NCBI RefSeq assembly: GCF_963921235.1 | Contig: NC_086108.1 | Span: forward strand, 74,774,001-74,838,000 | Source: Mobula hypostoma | Lineage: Eukaryota | Direction of reading: 5' to 3' | Length of the DNA: 64,000 bases | Shown: positions 12,856 through 25,158 of the stretch, in pieces | Position numbering within the stretch: the first letter of the stretch is position 1 | Layout: the number at the start of each line of letters is the position of its first letter | Translations under genes and position numbers: made by a program | Notes under the pieces: generated by a model | Told to the model about the DNA's origin: nothing | Database searches by the model: none | The model's input: only the letters and a program-made list of their open reading frames with translations

Positions 12856-12965
12856 ACTTATTGTAATTCAGTTTTTACAATTGTATATTGCAATGTAGTG
12901 GTGCCGTAAAAACGACAAATTTCACAACGTATGCCAGTGATATTAAACCCGATTCTGATTCTGAT
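12856..12965 (+). mobile_element. Rex1/Babar 3' tail
   Basis: 'gccagtgatattaaacccgattctgattctga' tail. Confidence 0.75.
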
Positions 12966-14949
12966 CCTGTTCACCTAAACTAGGAAAATGTAAGGAAAGC
13001 AAATCTACTCTTTGTGAGCAAGTTCCCTTTTTGACTAAAGCTTGAAAAATTCTACTTGGCAAGATCTAAATGAAATACAACCTTGCAATGCATATTTAGG
13101 TAGCACAGTCACATGCACAAAAGGCTTGAAACACACATGATGTTTAGAAAATTACTTTATGTTATAAAATTATTTAGCCGATTCCCTACACAGTTTACTG
13201 TGATCAAATTATGAATTTTATTTTTCACTAAATGGAAAAAAAAAGTGTTGGAGTCCACAGCTTGAGCAGTGACTGTGGCAAATGTTCTGCATTGACTGTT
13301 AACAAAATGTATAAATGCATTCTGATGATCTCTGAACTAATATTAAGTTGCTGGAGAGCATGGAATGGTAGCTAATCAATTGCCTTTTGAAAACTGATGT
13401 GGGCAAGTGCTTACTTTTGAAGTGCATGGGTTACTCAAAGGAAGTGAAAATTTATGTCTGATCAACAGTGTCCATTTTACAATCTCCATATTCTCTTATT
13501 ATTATCCCAGTCTCTGCTATTTAATTTTTTATGTTATTTTAATATTATGATTTCCACAGAAGCCAACAGCTCTATGAATATAATAACCTGTTCTGTTCTT
13601 TGACAAAATGCACCAAAGGCCTACTATATTCATCCTCCAAACTTCATTCACTATTCGGTCTGTTGGATGGATCCTCTGGAGTAAAACAAGGATGATTTAG
13701 AAATTTTAATGTTGGCTACTATTCTGGAATGTATTTCTGGAAGGATGATGACAGGTACATTCCAAGATGTTCCACAGAATTTGTCCAAAGGCAGGGTTTA
13801 ATACCAGAGGGCATATAAGCACCTTGACTTATTAGGTGATGTAGTTGAAGGGTATTGCCAGCTCCCTGCTAGCTCTCAGTCACAGTTATTATTAATTGTT
13901 CTAGCTATAGAAACTAGCATGTGCCAGAGTACATTTGGCAGTCATCTGGGTAGTATAGTGCAAGGTATTATTGCCTTTAAACAGCAAAGACTGTGTAGAA
14001 CATACATTTTGCATCATTTAGAAGGTCACCAAGACTAGATACTGGACAAAACAAGGGCTTTGAGAAGGATTAAGAAAATTATAGCACTAAATTATATACT
14101 TGAGTCAGCATCTCTAGCTCTCTTCTACCATGCTTGAGGAATGTGGATTAAGCCAAAAATGAAACCCAACAAATCCCTTCGCGTAGAGAAGAAAGAGAAA
14201 TAGCAGTTGAAGCCACAGCTCTGCCAATTGCATGGATTTCTTTTTCTGACAGAATCATTAATTTTCTTTAGCTTCAGGAACCATTGACGTGATCATTGCT
14301 ACATAAAGTCTCCAGTGTTCTCAGAGCTGAACTCTTTTCTTCAGAAGTATAAATGTTGAAGGCATGCCATCTAATCAGCGGTCCATGTTCACTAATAAAG
14401 CACAGTGTTTCTTCACTTTTCTGGCTAACCTCTCATTGATTCCCAGAATTTAATAGTGTCAGTGCGTAAGAACAATCCAATTTGCTGATTGTATTCAGCA
14501 ATGATGTTTGTTAGTGTGATTTACTTTCATCATAATATTAAATTGACCTTTAGGATCTACCCAGAAGTAACAATCATTTCAGAATGCAGTAAGATAAATA
14601 TGCATCTTCTGAAATATAGTTAAATGAATTTTGTTTTCTTTGTTTATTTGTAATGTGTTTCTCCAGTGAATGCTGCTAAAAGCTGCACCTAATACATGTT
14701 ATGGAGAATGGATTAAAATGTAAACATAATTTATAAAGTTTCAGACATGCAGCATTTTCACCAGTATTAATCTGATCAGCCTAGTTGTACTTGTGTATTT
14801 CAGGTGTTGTAAGCAAGGCCAGCATTTATAGTGAATTCCAAAATGCCCTTGAGAAGGTGGAAGTGAGCCACCTTAAACTGATTGGGTTGCTGGGCTACTT
14901 CAGAGCGCTTTAGGACTCAACCATCTAGGAAGGATCTGGAATCACATGT

Positions 14950-17440
14950 GGACCATAAGACCAATTGACAGAGGAGCAGAATTAGGTCATTTAGCTGTCA
15001 TGGTCCAGATCAGGTTCCCTTTAAATTTACTTTGTTTGTGTTACGATCCGGACCGTTGACTCCCTGTTTCTCTTTAATTCCCTGTTTTTCCTTAATTCCC
15101 TGTTTTTCCGTGTCCCTCGGGCTTGGTGATTAAAGGCAATTTACTCTCGACTAAACCAGCAGTTTATAAGTCTCCAGCTTCAGCCGTTTGGCGCAAGAGC
15201 GTTATGGAGCGTTAACGAAATCACTGAAGCTAGTGCCAGCCAATGCCACTTGGCTGGAGCCAACTAAGTTTCTTGCCGGAGCAAGCCAAGTCTCCTCCCG
15301 AAGCAAGTGCCAGCAAGCTGCCCTCCCTTTCCAGAGCGGGTCCATCAAAGTTAACCTGCCGGAGTGAGTCAAGAGCTCGCTGCTGCTTGGAGTGCACCTG
15401 TGCCCAGTTATAGTACTGTCTATCGTTGTGTGGTCTCCGTATCCATGTCCTGTGTCTAAAAGGGGTCCCGGACCTGTGCCCTAGAAGGGTCCTGACCCTG
15501 TCTCAAGAGTCCCGACTCTGTCCTGTGTCTAAGGAGGATTCCCGGCTCAGTGTTTTTTGTCCTGCGTCTGAGTCTGTCTGATGAATAAGAAGGGTTCCGG
15601 CTCCATATCCTGCGTCGAAGGAGGAGTCCTGGCTCAGTGTTCTATGTCCTGTGTCTGAGTTCCAATTCCATGCTCTGAGTTCTAAGTACCAGTTCCATGT
15701 CTGGGTCCTGAGGTTCGAGGTTCAAGTATCAAGTCCTGGCTGCGAGGCCCATGTTCCGAGTCCTAGCCCAGACTCCAAGTCCCAGCCTTGTCCAGGGCCT
15801 GAGTCCTTGTCCATTACGCTTATTCTCGCTTCCACTTTGCTCTCTCTTTGATTTCTCTCTGTTCTATCCTTGCGTCATGGCTTTCCCTGTAATTATTAAT
15901 AAACTCTATTTAGTTAACCCTACAAAATGTGTTTGTGTCCTGCATTTGGGTCCACTCTTGCTCCGCATTTGCGACACCAGCCCATCGAGTCTGCTCCACC
16001 ATTCCCTCATGGCTGATCCCGGATCCCACTCAACCCCATACACCTGCTTTCTCGCCATATCCTTTGATGCCCTGACCAATTTGGAAATGACTTCTGCCTT
16101 AAATATATGCACGGTTAAATATACTCTCTGGTTTAAAAAATGCTTTTTACCTCTGTTCTAAAGGGTCACCCCTATATTTTGAGACTGTGCCCTCTAGTTC
16201 TGGATATCGCCACCACAGGAAACATCCTCTCCACATCCACCCTATCTAGTCCTTTCAACATTCAGTAGGTATCGATGAGATCCCCAATGAGACCTGCTTG
16301 TTACTTCCTCAAAGAAGTTTAACAGATTTGTCAGGTATGATTTTCCTTCACAGAAACCATGCTGACTTTGACTCATTAGTCTCCAAGCACCTTGAAATTT
16401 CATCCTTAATAATTGACTCCAACACTTTCCCAACCACTGAGGTTAGGCTAACTGGCCTATAATTTCCTTTCTTTTGCATTCCTCCCTTCTTGAAGAGTGG
16501 AGTGACATTTGCAATCTTCCAGTCCTCCGGGACCATGCCAGAATCAAGTGATTCTTGAAGGATCATGATAATGAATCTGTTAACTCTTCAGCAACCTTTC
16601 TCAGGACTCTGGAATGTAGTCTATCTGGTCCAGTTGACTTATCCACCTTAAAACCCTTGAGATGGCCTAGTATGTTTTCCTTTGTAATAGCTATATGGCA
16701 CTCATGGACCTCTGGCACACTGCTAGTGTCTTCCATGATGAAAACAGTTGCAAAGTACCCATTAAGTTCATCTGCCATTTCTTTGTCTGCCATTGCTAAA
16801 ATACCAGCATCATTTTCCAGTAGTCTAATATCAACTCTCATCTCCCTTTTACTCTTTATATAACTGAAAAAAACTTTTAGTATTCTGCTTTATATTATTG
16901 GCCAGTTTGTCCTCATTTCATCTTCTCCTTCTAATAGCTGTTTTAGTTGCCTTTTGTTAGATTTTGTAAGCTTCCCAATCATCCAACTTTCCACTCACTT
17001 CTGCTACCTTATTTGCCCTTTCCTTGGCTTTTATGCAGTCTTTAAATTTCTTTGTTAGCTATGCCTGCCATTTAAGAACATCTTCCTCTGTGGGACACAT
17101 TTATCCTGTGCCTTGTGAACTATTCCCAGAAACTCCAGCCATCTCTGCTCTGCCAACATCCCTGCCTGTATCCTCCTCCAATCCAACTGGGCAAGCTCCT
17201 CCCTCATGCGTCTGTAATTCCCTTCATTCCATTGCGATAGAAGTGATCATGTGAGTTATGCTTCTCCCTCAAATTCCAGTATGATTTCACTCATATCATG
17301 ATCACTGCCTCCTAAGGGTTCCCTTACATTAAGCTCCCTTATAAGTCTGCGTTTTTACGTTATACCCAATCTAAGATAGCCTTTCCTCAAGTAGATTCAA
17401 GCACAAACTGCTCTAAAAAGCCAGCCTGTAGGCATTCAAC
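14950..17440 (-). mobile_element. CR1 LINE, internally deleted and interrupted by a solo LTR
   Basis: Minus-strand PEDWKIANVTPLFKKG and NYRPVSLTSVVGK. The 3' UTR 'ggagcagaattaggtcatt...cagcccatcgagtctgctcc' is split at 14995/15977. Confidence 0.88.
14996..15976 (+). mobile_element. Solo LTR (Gypsy-like) with an internal degenerate tandem repeat
   Basis: TGTCA...CGACA termini; degenerate 5-bp TSD ttagc/ccagc; TATA 'tttataag' near 15163; AATAAA near 15898; repeats of 'gtcctgtgtc...ggagtcccggctc' at about 15445-15660. Confidence 0.8.
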
Positions 17441-18349
17441 ATATGTTGAAGGCCAGACTTCTTAAGGACAGTAAATTGCATTCCCTGAAAAACCTTGGGT
17501 GAACCAGATGTGATTGTAGTTATTGTTATTAAGATTAATGTTCTGGTCCAAATTACTAACAAAATTAAAATTCCTTAGCTGGCATGGAAAGATTTGACCC
17601 ATTCTCTGCACTGTTAGTCTAGGCAAACTTGGCCAATTTAGTTTTTATTTCAACTTGTATTCAGGACAAGCTGGCATGAGGGTGAGTGCCATTACAGCTG
17701 AATTTAACGGAGTGCTGCATCCAGTTAGGGTCTGTCCCAATGTTTCACACTGAAGTCTTTTCAAAAGGTCACTGACCTGAAAGATTAACATTATTTCTTA
17801 TTCCACAGGTAGTCACTGCTTGAGAATTCCCAGCGTTTTCTGCATTTATTTCTGACTTCCAGTAAGCACAATATTTTACTTTTATAATTGCTCTGTATTG
17901 GCATTCCATAAACATTATTTCTATTAATAATCTGCCTAATGGAAGTCCCACATCAATCACTCATCTTGGAGTTGTTGGTTTTACACAATCATTAAACCCC
18001 ATACTGTACTGTAAGCTTACACTGTTGAGAGTAATTGTCAGAGATCGAATATTGCTGGTCAATGACTAATTTTTAAACAGCACTTAATAGTCCAATATAG
18101 ATCTCTTAATCCATGAAGTGAATAAAATGAAGCTTATTCTATAATAGAGAAAACTTATTATTCTTAATTTGGGAAAGCAAATTCTGCAATGCATCTCATA
18201 CAATCTTATGAATCCACGACATGAACACAACAACATACAGATAGGAGCAGGAGTAAGTAATCTGGCCTTTGGTCTTGCTCTATAATACTTAAATCATAAC
18301 TAATCTTTTACCTCTTTTACCACAGCAATATTTTTCTATACTGTCCCAT

Positions 18350-18481
18350 AATGTCGACGTTTTGGGCTGAGACCCTTCATCAGGATTAATTTCCATAGAC
18401 GCTGCCTGACCTGCTGTGTTCCTCCAGCACTTTGTGTGTATTGCTCTGGATTTCCAGCATCTGCAGAATCTCTAGTGTTTA
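18350..18481. repeat. Penelope pLTR-derived short element with a hammerhead remnant on the minus strand
   Basis: Minus strand reads 'aatcCTGATGAagggtctcagcccAAAAcgtcgaca' and is fused to the opposite-orientation pLTR end. Confidence 0.75.
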
Positions 18482-20644
18482 GACCAACCATGCTATGCCT
18501 CTGTAAATCTGCTATTTTCAATCAGCAGCACTTACATTGCATTATTGTACAATGTGAAACAAAAGTGGAATAAAATCATAAACTATTCATGAAGAATAGC
18601 TTGTGATTATATTGCATGTTGCGCGCAAAGGAAAAGTATCCCTGATCACTTGTAGCTAACTTTTCCTTTGTAAAACCTAATCCTATGAAGAAAGTTGCTC
18701 TTACACCTCTGGGAGCAAACTTCACACAGGATCTCTGAGACTTTTAGAACATCAGGCCTTGCAGCATGGTAGAAATTGCTTTGTTAACTTGACTCTAATC
18801 ATTGTTATTCCACCTTCGTTTTCAGAAGTTAATTTGGATGGATATCCCTTTGCTGTTGATGCTGCCTTCACTGCCAAGGGCCACTTAGAAGATGGTCCAG
18901 TGTTACAATTTGTACGATACAGCTGAGGAAAACTTAACCAGTTGCAATTTAGCCTCAGGCTTCAGGAGGAGCAAAGGACGTTAGAACCATCAAGGTGGCT
19001 CAGTGAGAGAAAAGAAACCTGACCACAAGAATATGAAACCACTGAGAAACCATCCTCAATAATAAAATGGAGTGAAAAATGAGAAATATAACCAAAGGGA
19101 TGACTTCATCACTGAGGATCAGTATCACTTTAAAGGATTTTGACCCTCAATACCATATGGTAACAATAAGTCCCCAACTTATAAAATCCTGGAGAGTCCG
19201 TCAATTTTTTAGAGAGAACACTGAGAGCTTTTTACTCCATTCAAATCCCATGAATTTCAAACAAAAAATATTGGAAGTCCTCCAAATGACATGTCCAAAA
19301 CAGAAGAATTACATATGTTCTACAACTACCAGATTTATTAACACTGTTTTAAGGTTCCAAAATTTATCACATTATAGTTTTTATCAAATATGGCTAAAAT
19401 TTCAATGACAGATAAATATTCTGGACAATGTTTCATCTTTTTAGCATCTGGTGCTTCTTTTAATTCCAGTAGCCAAAAACAGCATAGTATTCTCACCAAA
19501 GCAGCGAAGGAAATCCTATAGGATTCAAAATATAAAATCCACTTTATAATGATTGGCAGTGGTTCTGGGCCAGTTAAATGACCAAATAAGTACGTGATGT
19601 TTCTGCTTATGAGTTTCCCCTGAACAGGATATAATCTAAATCCACAGATGCTTTCCTTTTTTCTCAAAATGATGAATCAAATCCAATTCTCTTACAATAA
19701 CTGTCTCAGTCAGTTGGAAGACTAATCCATATGGGATCTTTGATTACACTCTGATTACTTTGCATCAGTTTGGTCAGAAAAGACAGCACATAAAACTTGC
19801 TATTTCAAAAAGTGTTAAATATATAATTGGTGATGAGAATGCAATTAATACATGAGGAAAGATTTTGTTTAAAATGTCTTGAAAAGTGCAATTTGTAATA
19901 AATATTTTATAGGGAATTGTTGTGAAGCAGCATTGGTCTTATTGGGTAGATTTGTGTTTTAGATGAAACACTAAAGAACACTAAAGAACAGGTGAAAATC
20001 CAACACAGTTAATCAAAAGATTTTACTTGTGACAAATACTGAGTATCATAATTCTCGGCTTTGAATCATTTTTGAGAAATTTTACAACTATTTTAAAGTC
20101 CTCTATGTTGCACTTAGAGAAAGAGCTACTGATTTTGGATTAACCATTTTTTCCACAGTCTGGTGGACTTTGGCCATTTGCAATTCCACAAACTCACTCG
20201 CTTCTCACTTGGGTAGTCTTTCAAGAGTCCAAGTAAACATAAGCTTATGTGCTTTACAAATCCAATGCACGATTGACAGATTCTGTCGCAAAAGGTATAT
20301 GGAGCATAATGGTCTCAGTCGGTATGTATATCGTACTCCTGCTGTTTTCATTTGACATTCACTGCTCCTGTGGAAGAGACTTCATGTCATGCTGGATGCT
20401 GCTTTACTAGCTTGAGTGGTCTTGACATGGGATTCCCATGAGCTGGTGAGTATATTAAGTTTTATTTTCAAGGAAGCTTTTCGGATTTCTTTGAAGGGTT
20501 TTCTTTGTCCTCTTGGAAACATTTTTTTTTTCTGTGACATACTTTGGAACGAAATGCTTGCTTTTTTTTTCCAGAGAGAAGTGGTTTCTGATGTGCAATG
20601 AGAACTGGTTTGAGTGTGGTTAAAGCTTTAATGCAAAGAAGATT

Positions 20645-21110
20645 GTCACCTTGTTGTGGTGCAGAGAGGTCTGAGTTCTTGATATCCCGAGAGCAATGTC
20701 TTCTGGAGTTTAGCCATCTGGCACTTAGCTTTTGGTAGGGTCATCCATGGTGGTAAGGTCAAAGGGAGGTACCAGACAAAGAGTGATCTAACCAAGACCT
20801 CATTGGTGGGACTGGTGGTCGATGATGACAGCGAAGGTGGAGGAAGGCTGGAGTAGTGAAGGGTCCCTAGTCATCTTGCATCCCATGCCACTGGACCCTG
20901 ACCAGATCTGTCAAGGGCCGTGTGGCGGCTGCCTGTGTGTCAGCCTCCCCACGTTATACAAAGCCATGCCCAGGCATACTCAATGTATGTGGATCCTGGA
21001 TCAACCTCTACAGCCACCTGAAGACCCACCAATAAACAACAACTTAGGGGAACAACATACTCAACTCGAGCAACCGCATTACCGCTCACAAACGATGTGA
21101 GCATAGGAGA
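20645..21110 (+). mobile_element. RTE 5'-UTR-derived short element
   Basis: 'tcaccttgttgtggtg...ggtagggtcatccatgg...ggtaccagacaaagag' resembles, from recall, the 5' UTR of Expander/Rex3-type RTEs. Confidence 0.55.
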
Positions 21111-22190
21111 GGATGCTGATGTTGGTTGCTATTACTTGTTGATGGAGGTTGAGGATTTTGCAGAGACAGTGTTAGTGGTGCTAATGCAATAATTTCACTT
21201 GTTTATTATAAGCTGATTAAATCACCAAAGCATGTAAGAGGGAGGGATCACTACTCTGCAACAGACCTAGAGGTTGATGAAATATTGAGATATTGATCTT
21301 TGAAAACTCTTCTCCTCTCATGGCTGTTGATTTGCAGTGGTATATTTAATCACTGATGTATGCCCTCTCTGTGAGCAGGCTCCTGAGTTGGGGAAGCAAT
21401 TTATGTTTTCCATGGTTTCTTCATAGGTCTTGATTACCAGGAGATAATGTTGTGAAGTGGAGCATTTTTGGTGTCGAACTTTTGCCTTCTGGATATTATG
21501 ATAAAGCTCATACAGCCATACATTTCAGTGAAGGAATCAATATTGATTTTAAAGGTGGCCTCTGAGCATCCAAATTAGCAAGTTTATCGTAGTGTAATGA
21601 CTGAGCTTGGTTCTGGAGTGGAAGTAATGAAAGTTGAGTAGTTCATCACTTGTTTTGTAGAAAAATTCCACTTCGATGGAAATTTTTTGGAGATGAACTG
21701 ACATAATGCAGCAGCGGAGACTGAGGAAAGGATTGGAATGATGACACTACCTTGCTTAACCACAGTCCTAGGATTGGATCTATGGTGGGTCCATTGGTGA
21801 AAATGATGGCCTGCATCATCATTGAGCTTAAGGAGGATGCTGTCAATTTATCAGAATGGACAGATTTGAGAAGGATCCTCTGCCATCCCTTTCAGTTGGT
21901 GGGATGAAAGGCTTTTTATGGCATTGATGAAGGGTGTACGCAGAACCTGCTGTGCTTTTCTTGAAATGATCACACAGTAAGCAGCACAGCTATTGAACTT
22001 CTTTATGGATGAAATCTGCGCTTTGACTCTGGGAGGACCTCTTTGCAAGTTGGAAGGACACACTTGAGGTGAATCTTTGTGGTGACTTTATCAATCAAAG
22101 ACAGCAATTATCAAGTTCAAGTTTATTGTCGTTGACTGTACGTATATACAATTCTTCGAACCATGGTGGACCCAGAATACATATACCACA

Positions 22191-24160
22191 CTCAGAATCA
22201 GGTTTATTATCACTGGCATGTGACGTGAAATTTGTTAACTTAGCAGCAGCAGTTCAATGCAATACATAATATAGAAAAAAATGATAGATGAAATAAAAAA
22301 CTAATAAATAAATAAGAAAATGAATTACAGCATACGTATATTGAATAGATTAAAAAACATGCCAAAAAACCCCCAGAAATACTGTATATTAAAATAAAAG
22401 TGAGGTGGAGTCCATTTAGGAATTGGATGGCAGAGGGGAAGAAGCTGTTCCTGAATTGCTGAGTGTGTGCCTTCAGGCTTCTGTACTTTCTGCCTGATGG
22501 TAACAGTGAGAAAAGGGCATGCCCTGGGTGCTGGAGGTCCTTAATAATGGACGCTACCTTCTGAGACACTGCTTCCTGAAGATGTCCTGGGTACTTTGTA
22601 GGCTAGTACCCAAGATGGAGCTAACTAGATTTACAATCCTCTGCAGCTTCTTTTGGTCCTGTGCAGTAATCCCTCTCCCCCCCCCCCCCCCAACCACCAC
22701 CCCTCATACCAGACAGTGATGCAGCCTGTCGGAGTGCTCTCCATGGTACATCTATAGAAGTTTTTGAGTGTGTTTGTTGACATGCCAAATCTCTTCAAAC
22801 TCCTAATGAAGCATAGCTGCTGTCTTGCCTTCTTTATAACAACATCGATATGTTGGGACCAGGTTAGATCCTCAGAGATCTTGACACCCAGGAACTTGAA
22901 AATGCTCACTCTCTCCATTTCTGATCTCTCTGAGCATTGGTATGTGTTTCTTTATCTTACCCTTTCTGAAGTCCACAATCAGCTCTTTTGTCTTACTGAC
23001 GTTGAGTGCCAGGTTGTTGCTGCAGCACCACTCTGCTAGTTGGCGTATCTCACTCTTGTACACCCTCTCGTCACCACCTGAGATACTACCAACAATGGTT
23101 GTATTGTCAGCAAATTTGTAGGTGGTATTGAACTATGCCTAGCCACACAGTCATGTGTATATAGAGAGTAGAGCAGTGGGCTAAGCACACACCCCTGAGG
23201 TGTGCCACTGGTGATTGTCTGTGAGGAGGAGATGTTATCACCGATCCGCACAGATTGTGGTCTTCCGGTTAGGAAGTCGAGGATCCAATTGCAGAGGGAG
23301 GTACAGAGGCCCTGGTTCTGCAACTTCTCAATCAGGATTGTGGGAATGATGGTATTAAATGCTGAGCTATAGCCAATGAACAGCATCCTGTGGTTGTGTT
23401 GGTGGTTGTGTTGTCCAGGTGGTCTAAAGCCGTGAAAAGAGCCATTGAAGATTGTGTCTGCCGTTGACCTATTGTGGCGATAGGCAAATTGCAGTGGGTC
23501 CAGGTCCTTGCTGAGGCAGGAGTTCAGTCTAGTCATGACCAATCTCTCAAAGCATTTCATCACTGTACATGTGAGTGCTACTGGGTGATAGTCATTAAGG
23601 CAGCTCACATTATACTTCTTAGGCACTGGTATAATTGTTGCCTTTTTGAAGTAAGTGGGAACTTCCACCTGTAGCAGTGAGAGGTTGACAATATCCTTGA
23701 ATACTCTCACTAGTTGGTTGGCACAGGTTTTCAGAGCATTACCAGGTACTCCATTCGGATCTTCACTCTCTTTAAAGACAGCCTAACATCGCCCTCTAGG
23801 ACAGAGATCATAGGGCCATCAGATGCAGCAGGGATCTTCACAGCTGTAGTTGTGTTCTCCCTTTCAAAGCGGCATAGAAGGCGTTGAGTTCATCTGGTAG
23901 TGAAGCATCACTGCCGTTCATGCTATTGGGTTTTGCTTTGTAGGAAGTAATGTCTTGCAAACTCTGCCAGAGTTGCCGTGCATCTGATGTTGCTTACAAC
24001 CTCATTCAACATTGCCTCTTTGCCCTTGAAATAACCCTCTGCAAATTACACCTGGTTTTCTGGTACAGGCCTGGGTCATCAGGCTTGAATGCCACAGATC
24101 TAGCCTTCAGCAGACCACGTACCTCCTGGTTCATCCATGGCTTTTGGTTTGGGAATGTAC
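22191..24160 (-). mobile_element. Rex1/Babar LINE copy A, 5'-truncated, inserted in the 3' UTR of copy B
   Basis: [45 protein letters not shown] and FYRCTMES; tail 'aataaacctgattctga'. Confidence 0.92.
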
Positions 24161-24485
24161 ACATAAATCAAAATATTACCAGAAATAAGTTATTAAAATA
24201 TAAATCATAAAGCATATGAAGTGTGCAAGATAGATAAACAATAAACAGTAAACAGCTTGCTGTCCTAGTGATGAGTCTTTAATGGTGGCACAATATTCAT
24301 TAGACTCACAGTCTGGGGGAAGAAGCTGTTACTCCATCTGGCAGTCCTAGTCCTGATGCTCCTGTACCTCCTTCCTAATGGTAGAGGGTCAATGACATTG
24401 TGGGATGGGTGGTAGAGATAGTCAACAGTGCTTTGGGTCCTTCGTATACAACTCTCCTTTTAAACATTACGAATCGTGGGGAGAG

Positions 24486-24821
24486 GGCCGGCTGGTGGCG
24501 CAATGACATTGGCGCCGGACCCAGGAGCGGAGGTTCCCAGGTTCAAAACCAGTTGGGTCCATTCCCGAGTACGCTTTCCATCCATGCCGGGTTGAGTTTC
24601 GAGATTGCAACTCGACCTCGTTAAATAAAAGGGAAAAATACTGTGAAAATGTCTGTGTGGGGAGTGGCCCACACAGTCTCTCTCTCACTCCACGCCTTGT
24701 AAAAACCATGAAAAAAGACATCATCATGGACGCACACACATGCACAGACGCGCCCGCACGCACACGCAGACGCACTTGCACAGACTCGCATGCACGCAGG
24801 CACACACAAAAGAACAAAAAA
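24486..24821 (+). mobile_element. tRNA-derived SINE with a (GCAC/CA)n plus A-rich tail
   Basis: A box TGGCGCAATGAC near 24495 and B box GGTTCAAAACC at 24540; CpG-rich; imperfect TSD acgaatcgtggggagag (24469-24485) / acgaatggggggagag (24822-24837). Confidence 0.85.
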
Positions 24822-25057
24822 ACGAATGGGGGGAGAGAGACCCTGGTGAACCTCGCAAGAGTTTTTACTATCCTCTGTGAGGTCTTGCAGTCCGATACCT
24901 TGCAGCTTCCGTGTCACACAATGTTGCAGCCAGACGGGATGTTCTCGATGATGTTCCTGAAGAAAGTTGTTAGAATAGGGGCAGAAACCTTGCACAGCAG
25001 AATCTCCTCAGAAAGCATAGATGCTACTGTGTCTTTTTGATTAATAAGGTGTTTTGG

Positions 25058-25158
25058 GCAACACACAAAATGCTGGAGGAACTTAGCAGGCCAGGCAGCA
25101 GCTATGGAAAAAAGTACAGTTGACGTTTCGGGCTGAAGCCCTTTGGCAGGACTTCAGC
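25058..25158 (-). mobile_element. Minimal Penelope pLTR/hammerhead-only insertion
   Basis: About 100 bp of pLTR flanked by an 11-bp TSD, aggtgttttgg (25047-25057) / aggtgttgtgg (25159-25169). Confidence 0.8.

Noticed and set aside
13560..13755. Possible coding exon bounded by cag and gtacat
   Set aside because: All three frames contain stops.
15445..15660. Repeat array resembling CRISPR
   Set aside because: Degenerate repeats without unique spacers, inside a eukaryotic LTR, with no cas genes.
24486..24560. tRNA gene
   Set aside because: A and B boxes are present, but there is no complete cloverleaf or terminator; it is a SINE head.
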